Shown one piece after another: positions 39,590-49,808 of a stretch of DNA of 64,000 nt. Under the pieces are notes generated by a model. It was not told the DNA's origin. It made no database searches and saw only the letters and a program-made list of their open reading frames with translations. Location: assembly GCA_963745835.1 (NCBI GenBank), contig CAVUZH010000013.1:96001-160000 (forward strand), read 5' to 3'. The stretch is from an uncultured delta proteobacterium (lineage in GTDB: Bacteria > Desulfobacterota > Binatia > UBA9968). The position numbers and the translations under genes are program-made. Every line of letters starts with the position of its first letter. Within the stretch, counting starts at the first letter, position 1.

Positions 39590-40018
39590 TTATTCTGGAG
39601 CCGCTGAATACTCCGCGAATACCTCGGCTCCGGTCAGGTTCTTCGTTTGGTTTGCGAACGAATAGAACGACGGCTTTTCATCGATAAAAATCTGTTGATC
39701 AAAGACCCATTGTTCTCCGTCATCGAGTAGACCAACAGGAACCGCGTAGTGCCCTTCTTTCTTTAGGCGGTAGAAAAGATGGCTTCCACACTTACTACAG
39801 AAGCCACGCTCGGCCCAGTCGGAAGAACTGAAGACAGATATGCTGTCATTGCGATCAAAATGAACGTCGCTACCGCACTCAATGAAGAGCAAAGGCCCAC
39901 CTGTCCATTTCCTGCACATACTGCAATGGCAGGCACCCACACTCTTGCTGGTCGTCTTTATTGAAATACGGACTGCCCCGCAAAGACAGCTTCCATCTCG
40001 TTTGGTTTCGCCTGCCAT
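39590..40018 (-). CDS. GFA / CENP-V family protein (gene cassette)
   Basis: GSCLCGAV, CHCSMCRKW and FCSKCGS. GAGGAGG RBS. Confidence 0.92.
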   Translation of the reverse strand: MAGETKRDGSCLCGAVRISIKTTSKSVGACHCSMCRKWTGGPLLFIECGSDVHFDRNDSISVFSSSDWAERGFCSKCGSHLFYRLKKEGHYAVPVGLLDDGEQWVFDQQIFIDEKPSFYSFANQTKNLTGAEVFAEYSAAPE

Positions 40019-40035
40019 ATCGTCCTCCTCAAATT

Positions 40036-40223
40036 GCATAACTATTAAGTAAGCCGCCGTAGGAGGCGACAAAGGCCGATCGGCCTATCTCGGAACACAG
40101 CTCGGATTTCGAATTACAAACGGCTCGCAATCTCGTCCACTTGAACCAACTCATCAAGAAACATTTTGACCGCCAAACACCGCGCGGCATGGCGGCCTAT
40201 CTACTGGCTCGCAGCCTATTTCG
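40036..40223 (-). repeat. attI-like leader element, copy 1
   Basis: Ends in the core site GTTATGC at the cassette start. Homologous to 63800-63989. Confidence 0.6.
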
Positions 40224-40344
40224 TGCGCTAGATTAGAGTCAAGCTCTGTAATCAACGTGAGATTGAATTTGATCGATTGATCCGTCAGTTCGATTCAGCT
40301 CGCCTTTAATGTAAAAGAAGATGACGGGATAGGTTGCAGAGGTG

Positions 40345-40773
40345 CTATTGGATCCGGAATACTGGATGTCGTGACGCTTCGGCAACAAAATCCGGCAGAT
40401 TCGACTTCGGTGTTACGTCAAAGAACGGCCGTACCACAGGCACTTGAGTCAGATACTTCTTTAGCACCGGGGCGGCGTCCTCCGCCGAGAGTTCTAGAAT
40501 TCTTACGTTCTCAAATCTCCGACCCCGTGTTAAGGTTATCTGCTCGGCTGCACGAGCGTTTCGCACCCAGCCCACCTCACCATACGGGGCCACTAGCCAG
40601 CGTTCGCCGGCCCGTTCCACCAGTGTCACGGGCGTTGAGTAGGCGTGACCGCTCTTTCTGCCTCGCACGGTCAGAAGATAGGTATGCGGAGGACTTACGC
40701 CAAGGCGCAGCAAGACACCAATCATCCAATTGATTAGTCGGCGCCACAATCCTAACCGATATGCTCGAGCCAT
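40345..40773 (-). CDS. Deazaflavin (F420)-dependent nitroreductase/Ddn-like family protein
   Basis: LLTVRGRKSG, WVRNARA and HPVFRI. Confidence 0.85.
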   Translation of the reverse strand: MARAYRLGLWRRLINWMIGVLLRLGVSPPHTYLLTVRGRKSGHAYSTPVTLVERAGERWLVAPYGEVGWVRNARAAEQITLTRGRRFENVRILELSAEDAAPVLKKYLTQVPVVRPFFDVTPKSNLPDFVAEASRHPVFRIQ

Positions 40774-40855
40774 TGTGATCTTGTGTTTGCAGGAACCCGA
40801 AAACCTCAACCTCTTGCATCAAGAATTTGTGAAAGGAGAAATCAGTTCAACATAG

Positions 40856-40918
40856 GGTTAACGCTCCGGTTGAGTCGCGCGAGTTTTACGGCCGTTGGAC
40901 TTCAACCGGTTGTTGGGC
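40856..40918 (-). mobile_element. Integron attC site
   Basis: Minus strand GCCCAAC-aaccggTTGAAGTC...GACTCAAccggagc-GTTAACC, 63 bp. Confidence 0.72.
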
Positions 40919-40980
40919 AACCGTGTCGATAACTCAAACTGGCTTATTGCGTTCCTTTTTTCTCTTCCGGACGAGTTTGT

Positions 40981-42090
40981 TCACAGAGCACCAGCCGTCG
41001 CTGTCGCTCTAGCGATCTCCTCTGCACTGTACCTGTAGGCGCGGAATACTCGATTGTGTTGCGCGTTTGACGGTCCGCCAAAATAGGGATTCACATATTC
41101 CCAAACCACTTCTCCATTTGACGTAACCTCAAAGAGTCGACCGAAATCGCCTTCGCAGATCAGTGTGTTGCCGTTGGCTAACCGCTGCGCATTGGAAATC
41201 CTCGGACTGAAAAAATCGCTTTCTCGTTTTTCCCTATATTCCCAGACGATTTGCTTGGTTGCGGGCTCGACCTCAATGACCCGCGAAAAAGGCATCGCAT
41301 GATCTAGCCGATGAGGCCCGTTGTCGAAGATGAGCAGGTTGCCACTGGGCAGCGGCGTGGGCGCATGTTGGCCGCATAGCGGCGGCGCGCCGAGTTTCCA
41401 GATAATCTTCCCGGTTTTTCGGTCGATAATGATGATGGTGGAGATCGTTCGAAAGCTCACGACGATGTCGCCATTAGGCAGCTCGGCCACGCCGTTGCCA
41501 TGCGCCCATTCTTCTCGCCGTTCTTGAACTGCCGTAATGCAATCAATCTCGGGATCGAGATGTTCCCAAGTGCGCCATTCCCAAACCACATCGCCTTGGG
41601 TCGTCATCTCGACCAAATAATCCGCGTACATCCCACCCTGGTGCTCCGTCCCGGGCATGCCCCCTCTAACTTTTGCGACCAGATGCTGCGGAAGGCGATC
41701 CAAGCAGAGCAGCAGAACGTTGCCGTTGCGCAATCGTATGCCATCGTGATGATGATCCGGATGACGTACTTCCCAGAGAACGCGTCCGTTCCAATCTGCT
41801 TCGAGCACGGCGCCGCCCTTCCACGGTTGCCCGCTGATGAAGCGTTCTGAATCCTCCGCGGTCTTTCCATTGTAGAAGAGCGTGCCTCTCTCAGTCAGAT
41901 AACCGTAATTACCTGGAGGATAAGGCATCTGCCAACTATGAATTGCCTTCCCATCGAGATCGATGAGGTAGACATTGCCCCCGCCGCTCATCGGCGCGAA
42001 CAAAGTCAAGCCCGGAAAGGCTCGGTCGTGATCTACCGCGCGCAAACCAGTACCAGCGCGCTTAAGCTTGTTCTGTTCCACGACCGGCAT
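40981..42090 (-). CDS. Aryl-sulfate sulfotransferase (ASST)-like beta-propeller
   Basis: HHD, WAHGN, GQH, LIFDNG and SNAQRLANGNTLICEG. Confidence 0.88.
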   Translation of the reverse strand: MPVVEQNKLKRAGTGLRAVDHDRAFPGLTLFAPMSGGGNVYLIDLDGKAIHSWQMPYPPGNYGYLTERGTLFYNGKTAEDSERFISGQPWKGGAVLEADWNGRVLWEVRHPDHHHDGIRLRNGNVLLLCLDRLPQHLVAKVRGGMPGTEHQGGMYADYLVEMTTQGDVVWEWRTWEHLDPEIDCITAVQERREEWAHGNGVAELPNGDIVVSFRTISTIIIIDRKTGKIIWKLGAPPLCGQHAPTPLPSGNLLIFDNGPHRLDHAMPFSRVIEVEPATKQIVWEYREKRESDFFSPRISNAQRLANGNTLICEGDFGRLFEVTSNGEVVWEYVNPYFGGPSNAQHNRVFRAYRYSAEEIARATATAGAL

Positions 42091-42265
42091 AAGTCCTTCC
42101 CTCCATCATTTGTCGATCCGATTACGTTGTGCTTCTGCGAATTAAACGTCTGCTGGTTTGCCAAACGCAAAACTCCAACGGTTTCCTTGGACGACCTCGG
42201 TAAGTTTTGCTTGCCGATTGCAGTTTCGGATATCGTCTTTCCTTCCAAGACCTCCAGCAATGATT

Positions 42266-42811
42266 CTACGATAACAGGCGCTTGCCGCCGGGCACCGGCG
42301 CGTCAAAGGCATTCAAGGTCATGGCTACCATGGTGTAGAACCCGGCTGCGGCAATTAGCTCGATTAGCAGGTCCAAGCCAAGCGCCGCGAGAGCGCGGTC
42401 ATAGGTTGGCTGGCTCAAGGTGCGCGTCTCATTCAGCTCGGTAATTGTTTCATAGACTACGCGTTCATCTTCGCGGGCGAACTCCGGCGTCGACCGCGTG
42501 CGGATCGCATCCACAACCTCCTCCGTGAGCCCAGCCTTCAATCCATTCTTTTCGTGCACGAACCACTCGTACTGCGCCGACCAGTGGCGCGCGACGACTA
42601 GCACCATCAGTTCAAAGAGCCGCTTGTCGAGCTTGCCGGATAGCCTGAATGCGTTGCCGAACTGATTGGCCCGGTCCGCGAGTTCAGGATTTCTGAGCCA
42701 TATGGCGAACGGACCGCGCACGACACCGCCGCGAGCGCCGCCGATTTCCTGGTAGACACGCCTTTGTTCCGCCGTCATTTCTTCTGAGGCTACATCAGGT
42801 ACACGCGCCAT
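42266..42811 (-). CDS. Carboxymuconolactone decarboxylase (AhpD-like) family protein
   Basis: RGPFAIWLRNPEL and ELMVLVVARHWSAQYEWFVH. Confidence 0.88.
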   Translation of the reverse strand: MARVPDVASEEMTAEQRRVYQEIGGARGGVVRGPFAIWLRNPELADRANQFGNAFRLSGKLDKRLFELMVLVVARHWSAQYEWFVHEKNGLKAGLTEEVVDAIRTRSTPEFAREDERVVYETITELNETRTLSQPTYDRALAALGLDLLIELIAAAGFYTMVAMTLNAFDAPVPGGKRLLS

Positions 42812-43148
42812 CGAATCTCCTTATCTCGTACTCCGTCCATATTCATCCGTTAAATAACCAGAGTCGTTTCTAACATGCCGTGCGGCTATGATGAAGATCG
42901 ATAACCGGAGAATCGCCGAGCTCCTGTTGATTCACATGTCTCTTACTGAAAGGCTGCGAGACATGCTCCGACACGATTAGCTCATCAAGCTAGCATGGTT
43001 GAGGCAATGACAAAAAGATGGGCATGCACATCGATCTTCATAGTAAGGCCCTCCAATAAACAAAAAGACTAGCAGTTTGATTTCCAGCCGGCACAACTGA
43101 AAAGCGATCAAAGAGGAGATTGGTATGAAGCAGCGGCGAGTATCTACT

Positions 43149-44726
43149 TTAAAAAGTTAACCAGGCCAGTTCTGAAAGCATTCGCTGCAACTCACGGAAA
43201 TCGACCGGCTTGACTAGGTGAGCGTCAAATCCCGCCGCTAATGCGCGTTGCTTGTCTTCCTCCTGGCCATAGCCGCTTGTGCTGATTAAATGAATTTCCG
43301 ACAACTCGGAGCATTGGCGTAGCCGTCGAGCGACTTCGTAGCCGTCAATTCCTGGCAAGCCAAGATCACAGAGCACCACTTCCGGCCGAAACTGCTGGAC
43401 AATAGCAATGCCTTGGATGCCATTGTGGGCAATTTCAGTTTGATGCCCAAGTTCATTCAGTAGCATTTGGGTGCTCCGGGCCGCTATGACATTGTCTTCG
43501 ATAATGACCATTCTGAAAGGACGAATTTTAGGTAAATACCCATGCTCCCGAGAAACCGGTGAGATGCTCGGAGCATCGAGCGGTAGCCGCAATGTAAACG
43601 TTGAGCCCTTACCAACGCCCTCACTTTCGGCCTTCACTTCCCCACCGTGCAGCTCAACTAATCCTTTTACTAGCGCAAGGCCGAGACCGAGTCCCCCTCG
43701 GTTACGGTCAACGGCCCGGTCGGCTTGAATGAACGTCTCGAATATCCGGGGCAGCGTGCCGGCATCTATTCCGATGCCGGTATCCCGTACGGTCAAGATG
43801 GCGCTCTTACCATCCGAAGTTGCACTAAGGCCTACCGTCACCTTGCCCCCGCTCTCCGTAAACTTGGTCGCGTTGTGCAGCAGATTGCCGATGACCTGTT
43901 CGATCCGCGTTCGATCGCCGGTAAAAAACAATGGCTGATCCGGAAGTCTGATTTCCAGCAACAATCCACTAGCTTTGAAACTCTCGTGGTAAGCAGTCAC
44001 AGTCTCTGAAATGATGCCCGAGAGCTCGCAGCGCTTCTTCTCCAGGTGAATCTTGCCCGTCGTTATACGGGTTACATCGAGCAAGTCATCAATCAAACGC
44101 CGCATATGCTGCACCTGCCCGTCGATCATGTCACGCAATTCGAGCGATGCGTCAGTCACGTCTCTGCAGCGCATAAGCTCAAGCGCAGTTGTGATGATTC
44201 CCAATGGATTTCTAAGTTCATGGCCTAGCATCGCCAGGAATTCGTCTTTATGCCGGTTAGCTTCCCGCACCGCTGTTTCTGCTTTCTTGCGCTCCGTTAT
44301 GTCGAGGTTGATTCCGCTGAAACGCATCGGCTGCCCTGTCGGGTTTCGTGAAAGTGTGCCGACACCCATCACCCACCTTTCGCCGCGTGCCGGATGCATA
44401 ATGCGAAACTCTATTCGATATTCGGATTCCGAGTTGAAAAACTCACGTCCATAATCATCGACTCGCTTACGGTCCTCTGGATGCACCAAATGGTTTAACC
44501 ATAAATCATAAGTGAGCCGAACATCCGGGGCGAGTCCATACAGCTCCCGATACTCCGGTGACACATAGACCACGTCCGAGGCCACATCCCAGTCCCAAAC
44601 TCCGGCACCCGCTGCGCGTTGGGCGAGCGATAGGCTCTCATTCGTCCGCCTTAACGCTTCCTCGACATTCGCGGACATGGTTTCAAAAGTTAATTTACAA
44701 TCTGAAGTATTTCCGCTCGTACTCAT
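43149..44726 (-). CDS. Hybrid sensor kinase (PAS-HisKA-HATPase-REC)
   Basis: PAS motif GVWDWD...VHPEDR, H-box LGHELRNPL, N/G boxes and receiver motif LCDLGLPGIDG...KPV. Confidence 0.93.
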   Translation of the reverse strand: MSTSGNTSDCKLTFETMSANVEEALRRTNESLSLAQRAAGAGVWDWDVASDVVYVSPEYRELYGLAPDVRLTYDLWLNHLVHPEDRKRVDDYGREFFNSESEYRIEFRIMHPARGERWVMGVGTLSRNPTGQPMRFSGINLDITERKKAETAVREANRHKDEFLAMLGHELRNPLGIITTALELMRCRDVTDASLELRDMIDGQVQHMRRLIDDLLDVTRITTGKIHLEKKRCELSGIISETVTAYHESFKASGLLLEIRLPDQPLFFTGDRTRIEQVIGNLLHNATKFTESGGKVTVGLSATSDGKSAILTVRDTGIGIDAGTLPRIFETFIQADRAVDRNRGGLGLGLALVKGLVELHGGEVKAESEGVGKGSTFTLRLPLDAPSISPVSREHGYLPKIRPFRMVIIEDNVIAARSTQMLLNELGHQTEIAHNGIQGIAIVQQFRPEVVLCDLGLPGIDGYEVARRLRQCSELSEIHLISTSGYGQEEDKQRALAAGFDAHLVKPVDFRELQRMLSELAWLTF

Positions 44727-45150
44727 GTTTGCGCCCCACGAAGAGAATCAACAGGCATGTTCATTTGTTGGATTCAATATAAAATGCGCCTCTGCAATAT
44801 CAAAGAAGGGCGATGGATTTTTCGGGGCTTAATCATGACGTGATTCATCGCCAAGTTCTCCGAGTCAATCGCAGCTAACGCTTCTAAAGCAGAGCAATTG
44901 TTCTTGGAGCAATGCAAAGGACAAGCATTCTCTCCCACGTCTCGTTCGAGAGCCAGATTAATCAACCCTGTCGTTGGTGAATGAACTAGGGTCTGGTATC
45001 TGTTAGTCGGACGAACTGGCGATCTTACCAAAATTGTTACAGGGGAAACTCAATTCCAACGAACCTATTCAAGATCACCATCGTGATTGGCCGGGAAAAG
45101 GATTGAACAGTGAACAGACCTCTGAAACAGAGTCTGGAGAGCGACTAAGA

Positions 45151-45939
45151 TTAATTTGATAATGCCACTTCATCACCGACGCGAATCTGGCCACCGGCGC
45201 CAGTTGGCAGCATCGCCACGGCGAAGGTTGGGTTCTCCTGGCCTAACTTCTGGGTCAAGGTCGTGAGAATTGGTAGATCCCGTTGGCCTGTTGTGGGATT
45301 CGCATGAGTGGCGAGGCACCTGGTTTTCGGTTTGACGACGTCAAAGTCGACGGCGCCGATGCGGACCTTTCGACCTATCCAGCTTTGCTCCTCCCAGGCT
45401 GTCAGCCCATCAATCGCAATGTTCGAGCGAAAGCGTAGCTCGCTAACCTCGTCCCCAACCGCAGCTTGTACTGCTTCAAGACTTGCCCGTCCGTGCAATG
45501 TGACCCGACCTGCCGGTTCGTCGTGGTATCGCGGTGAATGGCCGTCGCCGATCACGCGTAAAGGTAAACGCTCCGGGTGATCTGTGAGAGGATTCACGTC
45601 GAGTTCGATCACGTAGGCGGCCAACACTGCGGCGAGGCGCTGCCTGCCTTGCGAATTCAACTCTTCATCGAACAAGACCGAAGTTCCCAAGCTGACGTGC
45701 AACCGAAATGATTCTTGGTCAAACCTGACGTTGAGACGGGCTAAACCCGGCGTATTTATCAGCGCCACCATACCGGATTTTCTGCTCCAGGCATCATCGG
45801 CCGCTTCCGTATCGGCAAACCTTACACCGAGGACTCGATCGCCGGCGATTCTCCCTTCATCGAGTACCGTCAGAGTATCGCACGCTTCAGGCGTGAAACC
45901 CTTTACCGGATAGCGGTACAGCGCGACAACATGCGGCAT
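45151..45939 (-). CDS. MOSC domain protein
   Basis: LYRYPVKG, GDR, RFRSNI and RCLAT. Confidence 0.88.
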   Translation of the reverse strand: MPHVVALYRYPVKGFTPEACDTLTVLDEGRIAGDRVLGVRFADTEAADDAWSRKSGMVALINTPGLARLNVRFDQESFRLHVSLGTSVLFDEELNSQGRQRLAAVLAAYVIELDVNPLTDHPERLPLRVIGDGHSPRYHDEPAGRVTLHGRASLEAVQAAVGDEVSELRFRSNIAIDGLTAWEEQSWIGRKVRIGAVDFDVVKPKTRCLATHANPTTGQRDLPILTTLTQKLGQENPTFAVAMLPTGAGGQIRVGDEVALSN

Positions 45940-46080
45940 CGGCAACTCCTTTTCTGAACTTCGTTCATGACACCTCACAAGCTATTGACGCAGTTATGTC
46001 CTCTGCCCACTCGCCTGTTGACGTAATACGCTGACACTCACAGTCGGATGGCTCAATCGCCGAGCAAATTATGCAATCCC

Positions 46081-46512
46081 TCACCCGATTTCGGCGACTA
46101 ATTGCTCAACCCTACATCGCACTTCTCGATAAACCTCGTCGGCAGATTCATCAGTCATGCCAACCGGGTCCTGAATATCCCAGAACAGGACTTTGTTACA
46201 TTCTTGCAAGTAACTTGGCCATCTCTCCTTCTCCGCGATGACGACGACTAGATCCGCTGTGGTAATCATTTCAGGGATCAGTTGTTGTTTTTCTTTCTCG
46301 CCGATGTCTCTACCTAACTCTCTTCTGACGTAGCGGAGTGAACTCTGGTTCGGATTGTCTTTGAGTTTTTTACTGGCTAGCTTCATTGCTGCGAGCCTTT
46401 CATTGACCGCGATTCCCGCGCTCTCGCAATCGTGCTTCGATAGTTTTTCGAAGTATGCATGAGCTACCTGACTTCGCCCGACATTGGCATAACAGATAAA
46501 TAGCACTTTCAT
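46081..46512 (-). CDS. Low-molecular-weight phosphatase / ArsC-like protein
   Basis: VLFICYANVGRSQ (CX5R), SAG and WDIQDP. Confidence 0.88.
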   Translation of the reverse strand: MKVLFICYANVGRSQVAHAYFEKLSKHDCESAGIAVNERLAAMKLASKKLKDNPNQSSLRYVRRELGRDIGEKEKQQLIPEMITTADLVVVIAEKERWPSYLQECNKVLFWDIQDPVGMTDESADEVYREVRCRVEQLVAEIG

Positions 46513-46684
46513 AGTTTTTGCTGATTCTCGGAACGTTCGGGACAGTACTCGTGTATCGGTTCCCCCGGCTTCTATTATTGCGCCGCTTGTTCAGCGCTCC
46601 ACCTACCAGCGCTATCTTTGAGAGCCGATTTTGTAGCTCGCTGAGTATTTGTCATATTCGCTGCTAGTTTTTATCGGCGGGAGT

Positions 46685-47467
46685 TTAAGGCACCACGCCC
46701 CGCACGGCCCACGCTTTGGCCTTGAGCGAAAATGGCCCGTCGGAACCATTACCCAAGACCTTCTGTCGCAGCTTTTTTCTCAACGCCTCATGACCATCTG
46801 CCGATAGACGCTTCATGTACACACCCGAAGGACTGTCGCCATCCAAACAACGTTGCCAGAGTTCATCAAATGAAGAAAACTGGCACGCCATCGACAAGTC
46901 TGTAATCTCGATTTCGGTCAAACCAGCGCTATTCCAGAGCTGTGAAAGTGCTTCGGGAGAACCGTACGATTTCCGCCTCTCAGAGGGCCGTTTCGCTGTC
47001 GGATCGGTCGCTTCGGCGGCATCCCAAAAGCAGCCGTAAAGCTCATTATCGTGGCTACGGTCCCACATGGCGGTTGCGACGACACCCAGTGTTTTGGTAA
47101 CGCGGCGCATTTCTTTCGTGGCCTTCGGGGCATCCGGAATGTGATCAACCGCGAGCAGAGCCACGCATACGTCGAAAGTGTGGTCTGGGTAACGCAAATC
47201 TTGCGCGTCGGCGACTTCAAAGATTACCCGAGGATCGGCAACTTGCATTCGCGCATATTCAATGAACCCCTGAGAAGGATCTATGCCGACGATCTTTGAC
47301 GCTCCCGTGACTTTCGCCAAAGTCGCTGAAAGCGATCCCGTCCCACAGCCAGCATCGAGCACCTTCTCACCATCCCGAACACCGACAAAGTCCACAAATA
47401 AGGGCGCTAACTGGCGGCTCCATCGCCCCATCCTCTCTTCGTAAGCTTCAGCGACTTCAAACATCAT
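46685..47467 (-). CDS. Class I SAM-dependent methyltransferase
   Basis: YEERMGRWS, VLDAGCGTG and GIDPS. Confidence 0.9.
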   Translation of the reverse strand: MMFEVAEAYEERMGRWSRQLAPLFVDFVGVRDGEKVLDAGCGTGSLSATLAKVTGASKIVGIDPSQGFIEYARMQVADPRVIFEVADAQDLRYPDHTFDVCVALLAVDHIPDAPKATKEMRRVTKTLGVVATAMWDRSHDNELYGCFWDAAEATDPTAKRPSERRKSYGSPEALSQLWNSAGLTEIEITDLSMACQFSSFDELWQRCLDGDSPSGVYMKRLSADGHEALRKKLRQKVLGNGSDGPFSLKAKAWAVRGVVP

Positions 47468-47561
47468 GTCCTCCGGTTGGCGGTTGCAGATTAATCATCA
47501 TCAAGTTCGTCGACTGTTCGACCAGAAGATCGACGTCCGAGTAACACATAAAGACGAGCAG

Positions 47562-48028
47562 CTAACGCGCCTTCACCGCGCGTTTTCCATGGCTATCCTG
47601 CGGTACGCCGCGGGCCAACGACATGTGCGAATGAACGCCAAGCCAGCGGCCGTCCGGCTGCCTCGCCAGAACTATTGTGGCCCGGCCCGGACGGTCGAAG
47701 GCTGTTCCATCTTCATGGAAACCCGTGCTCGTCCAGGGCGCGATCGCGACTGCCATCGCGCCGTCCGGCGCGGCCATGACCATGGTGTTTGCCAAGTCGA
47801 AGCGGAACTCCGCCGTGCGCGGCCAGACATTGTCCCATTGCCGTTCCGTCCAGGCCGATAGACTCTTCACCAGTTCCTGATACGTGCCGAAGATGACAAT
47901 GTCGGGGTGCCAGAACGGTCGCGCCGCCGCGTAGTCGACCTCCCGCACGCAAACGGCGAAATGATCGAGCCATTCTCGCGCACCGCGGCGGAAATCTCGG
48001 AATTAGCCTCTGGTAAGGGCAAGTTCAT
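47562..48028 (-). CDS. SnoaL/NTF2-like protein; apparent frameshift near 47975
   Basis: EWLDHFAVCVREVDY...GRATIVL...WLGVHSHMSL. The ATG at 48028 is in another frame. Confidence 0.75.
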
Positions 48029-48157
48029 CTTGCACCTCTCGTCATCTGGCTGGTCATTAGCGAAACTTCTCCGGGTTACCTCCGAAGCGACTCAAAGGCC
48101 GATAAAAGCAACCAGAGAATAGCGCTATACCGAACTGAATAATTCTGTGACGAAGTC

Positions 48158-49123
48158 TCACTTGATCACCTTATCAGCACGGGCAAGGACAGTCGGCGGA
48201 ATCGTGAGGCCGATCTGCTTTGCGGTTTTCAGATTGATGACCAGCTCGAACTTTGTCGGTTGCTCGATGGGAAGGTCTGCTGGCTTGGTGCCCTTAAGAA
48301 TTTTGTCTACGTAATGTGCGACGCGGCGATACATAAAAATGTAATCTGCTCCGTAGGACATAAGTCCACCAGCTTCCACGAACTCCCTATCTGCGTACAG
48401 GGTTGGAAGGCGGTTCTTTACTGCAAGCTCTACGATCCGTTCGTGGTGATTAGCGGTAAGAGGGTTCCTTAGTAGGAGCACTGCTTGAGCGCGTCCCTTG
48501 CTTACGGCTTCAAACGCGGGTTCAATTTCCTTCGCGCTCTGTACCTCAAGGTATTGAAGCTGGAGTCCCAACGCCGCTGCCGCGAGTTCCGACTCTTTTA
48601 ACCCTTGTGCGTTGGCCGGAGCGGTCGAATTTCCGAAGAAAGCCACGCGGGAGAGTTTGGGGATAACCTCCTTCAGAAGCTCCAGCCTCTTCCCACTTAA
48701 CTCAGGGGAAAGAGTGGCCAGTCCGGTGATGTGTCCACCAGGCTTCGCAAGGCTGCTGACCAGCCCTAATGCTACAGGGTCGCCAACATTGGAGATGACG
48801 ATGGGAAGTGTTTTGGTAGCATTTTTAGCGTGCGGAACTGCTGGGCCAACTGCCCAGATGACGTCTACATTGAGACGCACTAACTCCTCCGCGAGTTTGG
48901 GCAAGCGGTCAACTTTTCCTTCGGCGTAGCGGTACTCGATGACGATATTCTTGCCTTCTAAGTAACCAAGATCGCGCAGTGCCTGCTGAAATGCCTCTAC
49001 CGAAGGATTCGGCGACGAATCGCCTCGCAGAACGCCTACCAGAGAAACCTTCGCTGATTGCTGCGCGTCAGCAAAATCGATATTCACCACGATAAAGCCG
49101 ATCAGCAAAAGAACAGTCTTCAT
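48158..49123 (-). CDS. ABC-type substrate-binding protein (ABC_sub_bind type, orphan)
   Basis: LRDLGYLEGKN, GGLMSYG, YVDKILKGTKPADLPIEQPTKFELVINLKTA. Signal peptide. Confidence 0.93.
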   Translation of the reverse strand: MKTVLLLIGFIVVNIDFADAQQSAKVSLVGVLRGDSSPNPSVEAFQQALRDLGYLEGKNIVIEYRYAEGKVDRLPKLAEELVRLNVDVIWAVGPAVPHAKNATKTLPIVISNVGDPVALGLVSSLAKPGGHITGLATLSPELSGKRLELLKEVIPKLSRVAFFGNSTAPANAQGLKESELAAAALGLQLQYLEVQSAKEIEPAFEAVSKGRAQAVLLLRNPLTANHHERIVELAVKNRLPTLYADREFVEAGGLMSYGADYIFMYRRVAHYVDKILKGTKPADLPIEQPTKFELVINLKTAKQIGLTIPPTVLARADKVIK

Positions 49124-49412
49124 GCGCCGATTCTTACCGCTGTTCGATGGGCTTTGTCCAGAAAGTTCTACCGGTGAGACCATTAGGGTCGATTACTTTT
49201 AACGTTCGTGAAGGGATCTTTTCAAAAAGCGCGTAGCGGCGTTACCTGAAGCGCCAAAACATTTGCCATGCTGATATCCTTTTTACCTAGTTTAAACTCT
49301 CTCGCGCTTCCGTGAGAATCGAAGGATCTGCCACTTCATTCAAGGCGGCGCAAAACTTCTACACCTGACGCTTGCACGGTTGATGCGCCATCGTCACAGC
49401 TCGTTCAGTGCG

Positions 49413-49808
49413 CTACGACGCGAGTAGTTCCATAATCCTGGACCTCAAAGCTTCGGATCGATCTTCGATGTCTCTGACAGCCAGGTCCGGTAGCTGCATA
49501 GAAAGCAACAACAAGACCGCACAACGAGCGTAGATAGCCTTTGACTTCACTGCCGCATGGGAGAGATGTTCGTCAATCCAACACCGACCACTGATGAAGC
49601 CGAAACACAACGCTTGCTCTTCAGTCTCGAAGCTCTGATTGAGGTTCTTCATTTCATGATAATAAAAGTTGTTCTGGTCACCATCGATGAAAACGTCCTG
49701 AACAACACTAGCGTAAGGCATCCAGCCTTCAAGCTCATCATCGTAGTATGGTCGAGAGAACAAAGTATGTTTTCTGTACATTGAGGCAGTCATGCGCGGA
49801 ACTCCCAT
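49413..49808 (-). CDS. Hypothetical protein
   Basis: 131-aa ORF with a protein-like N-terminal part (WMPYASV...FETEEQALCFG...WIDEH). The tail may be spurious. Confidence 0.45.
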   Translation of the reverse strand: MGVPRMTASMYRKHTLFSRPYYDDELEGWMPYASVVQDVFIDGDQNNFYYHEMKNLNQSFETEEQALCFGFISGRCWIDEHLSHAAVKSKAIYARCAVLLLLSMQLPDLAVRDIEDRSEALRSRIMELLAS

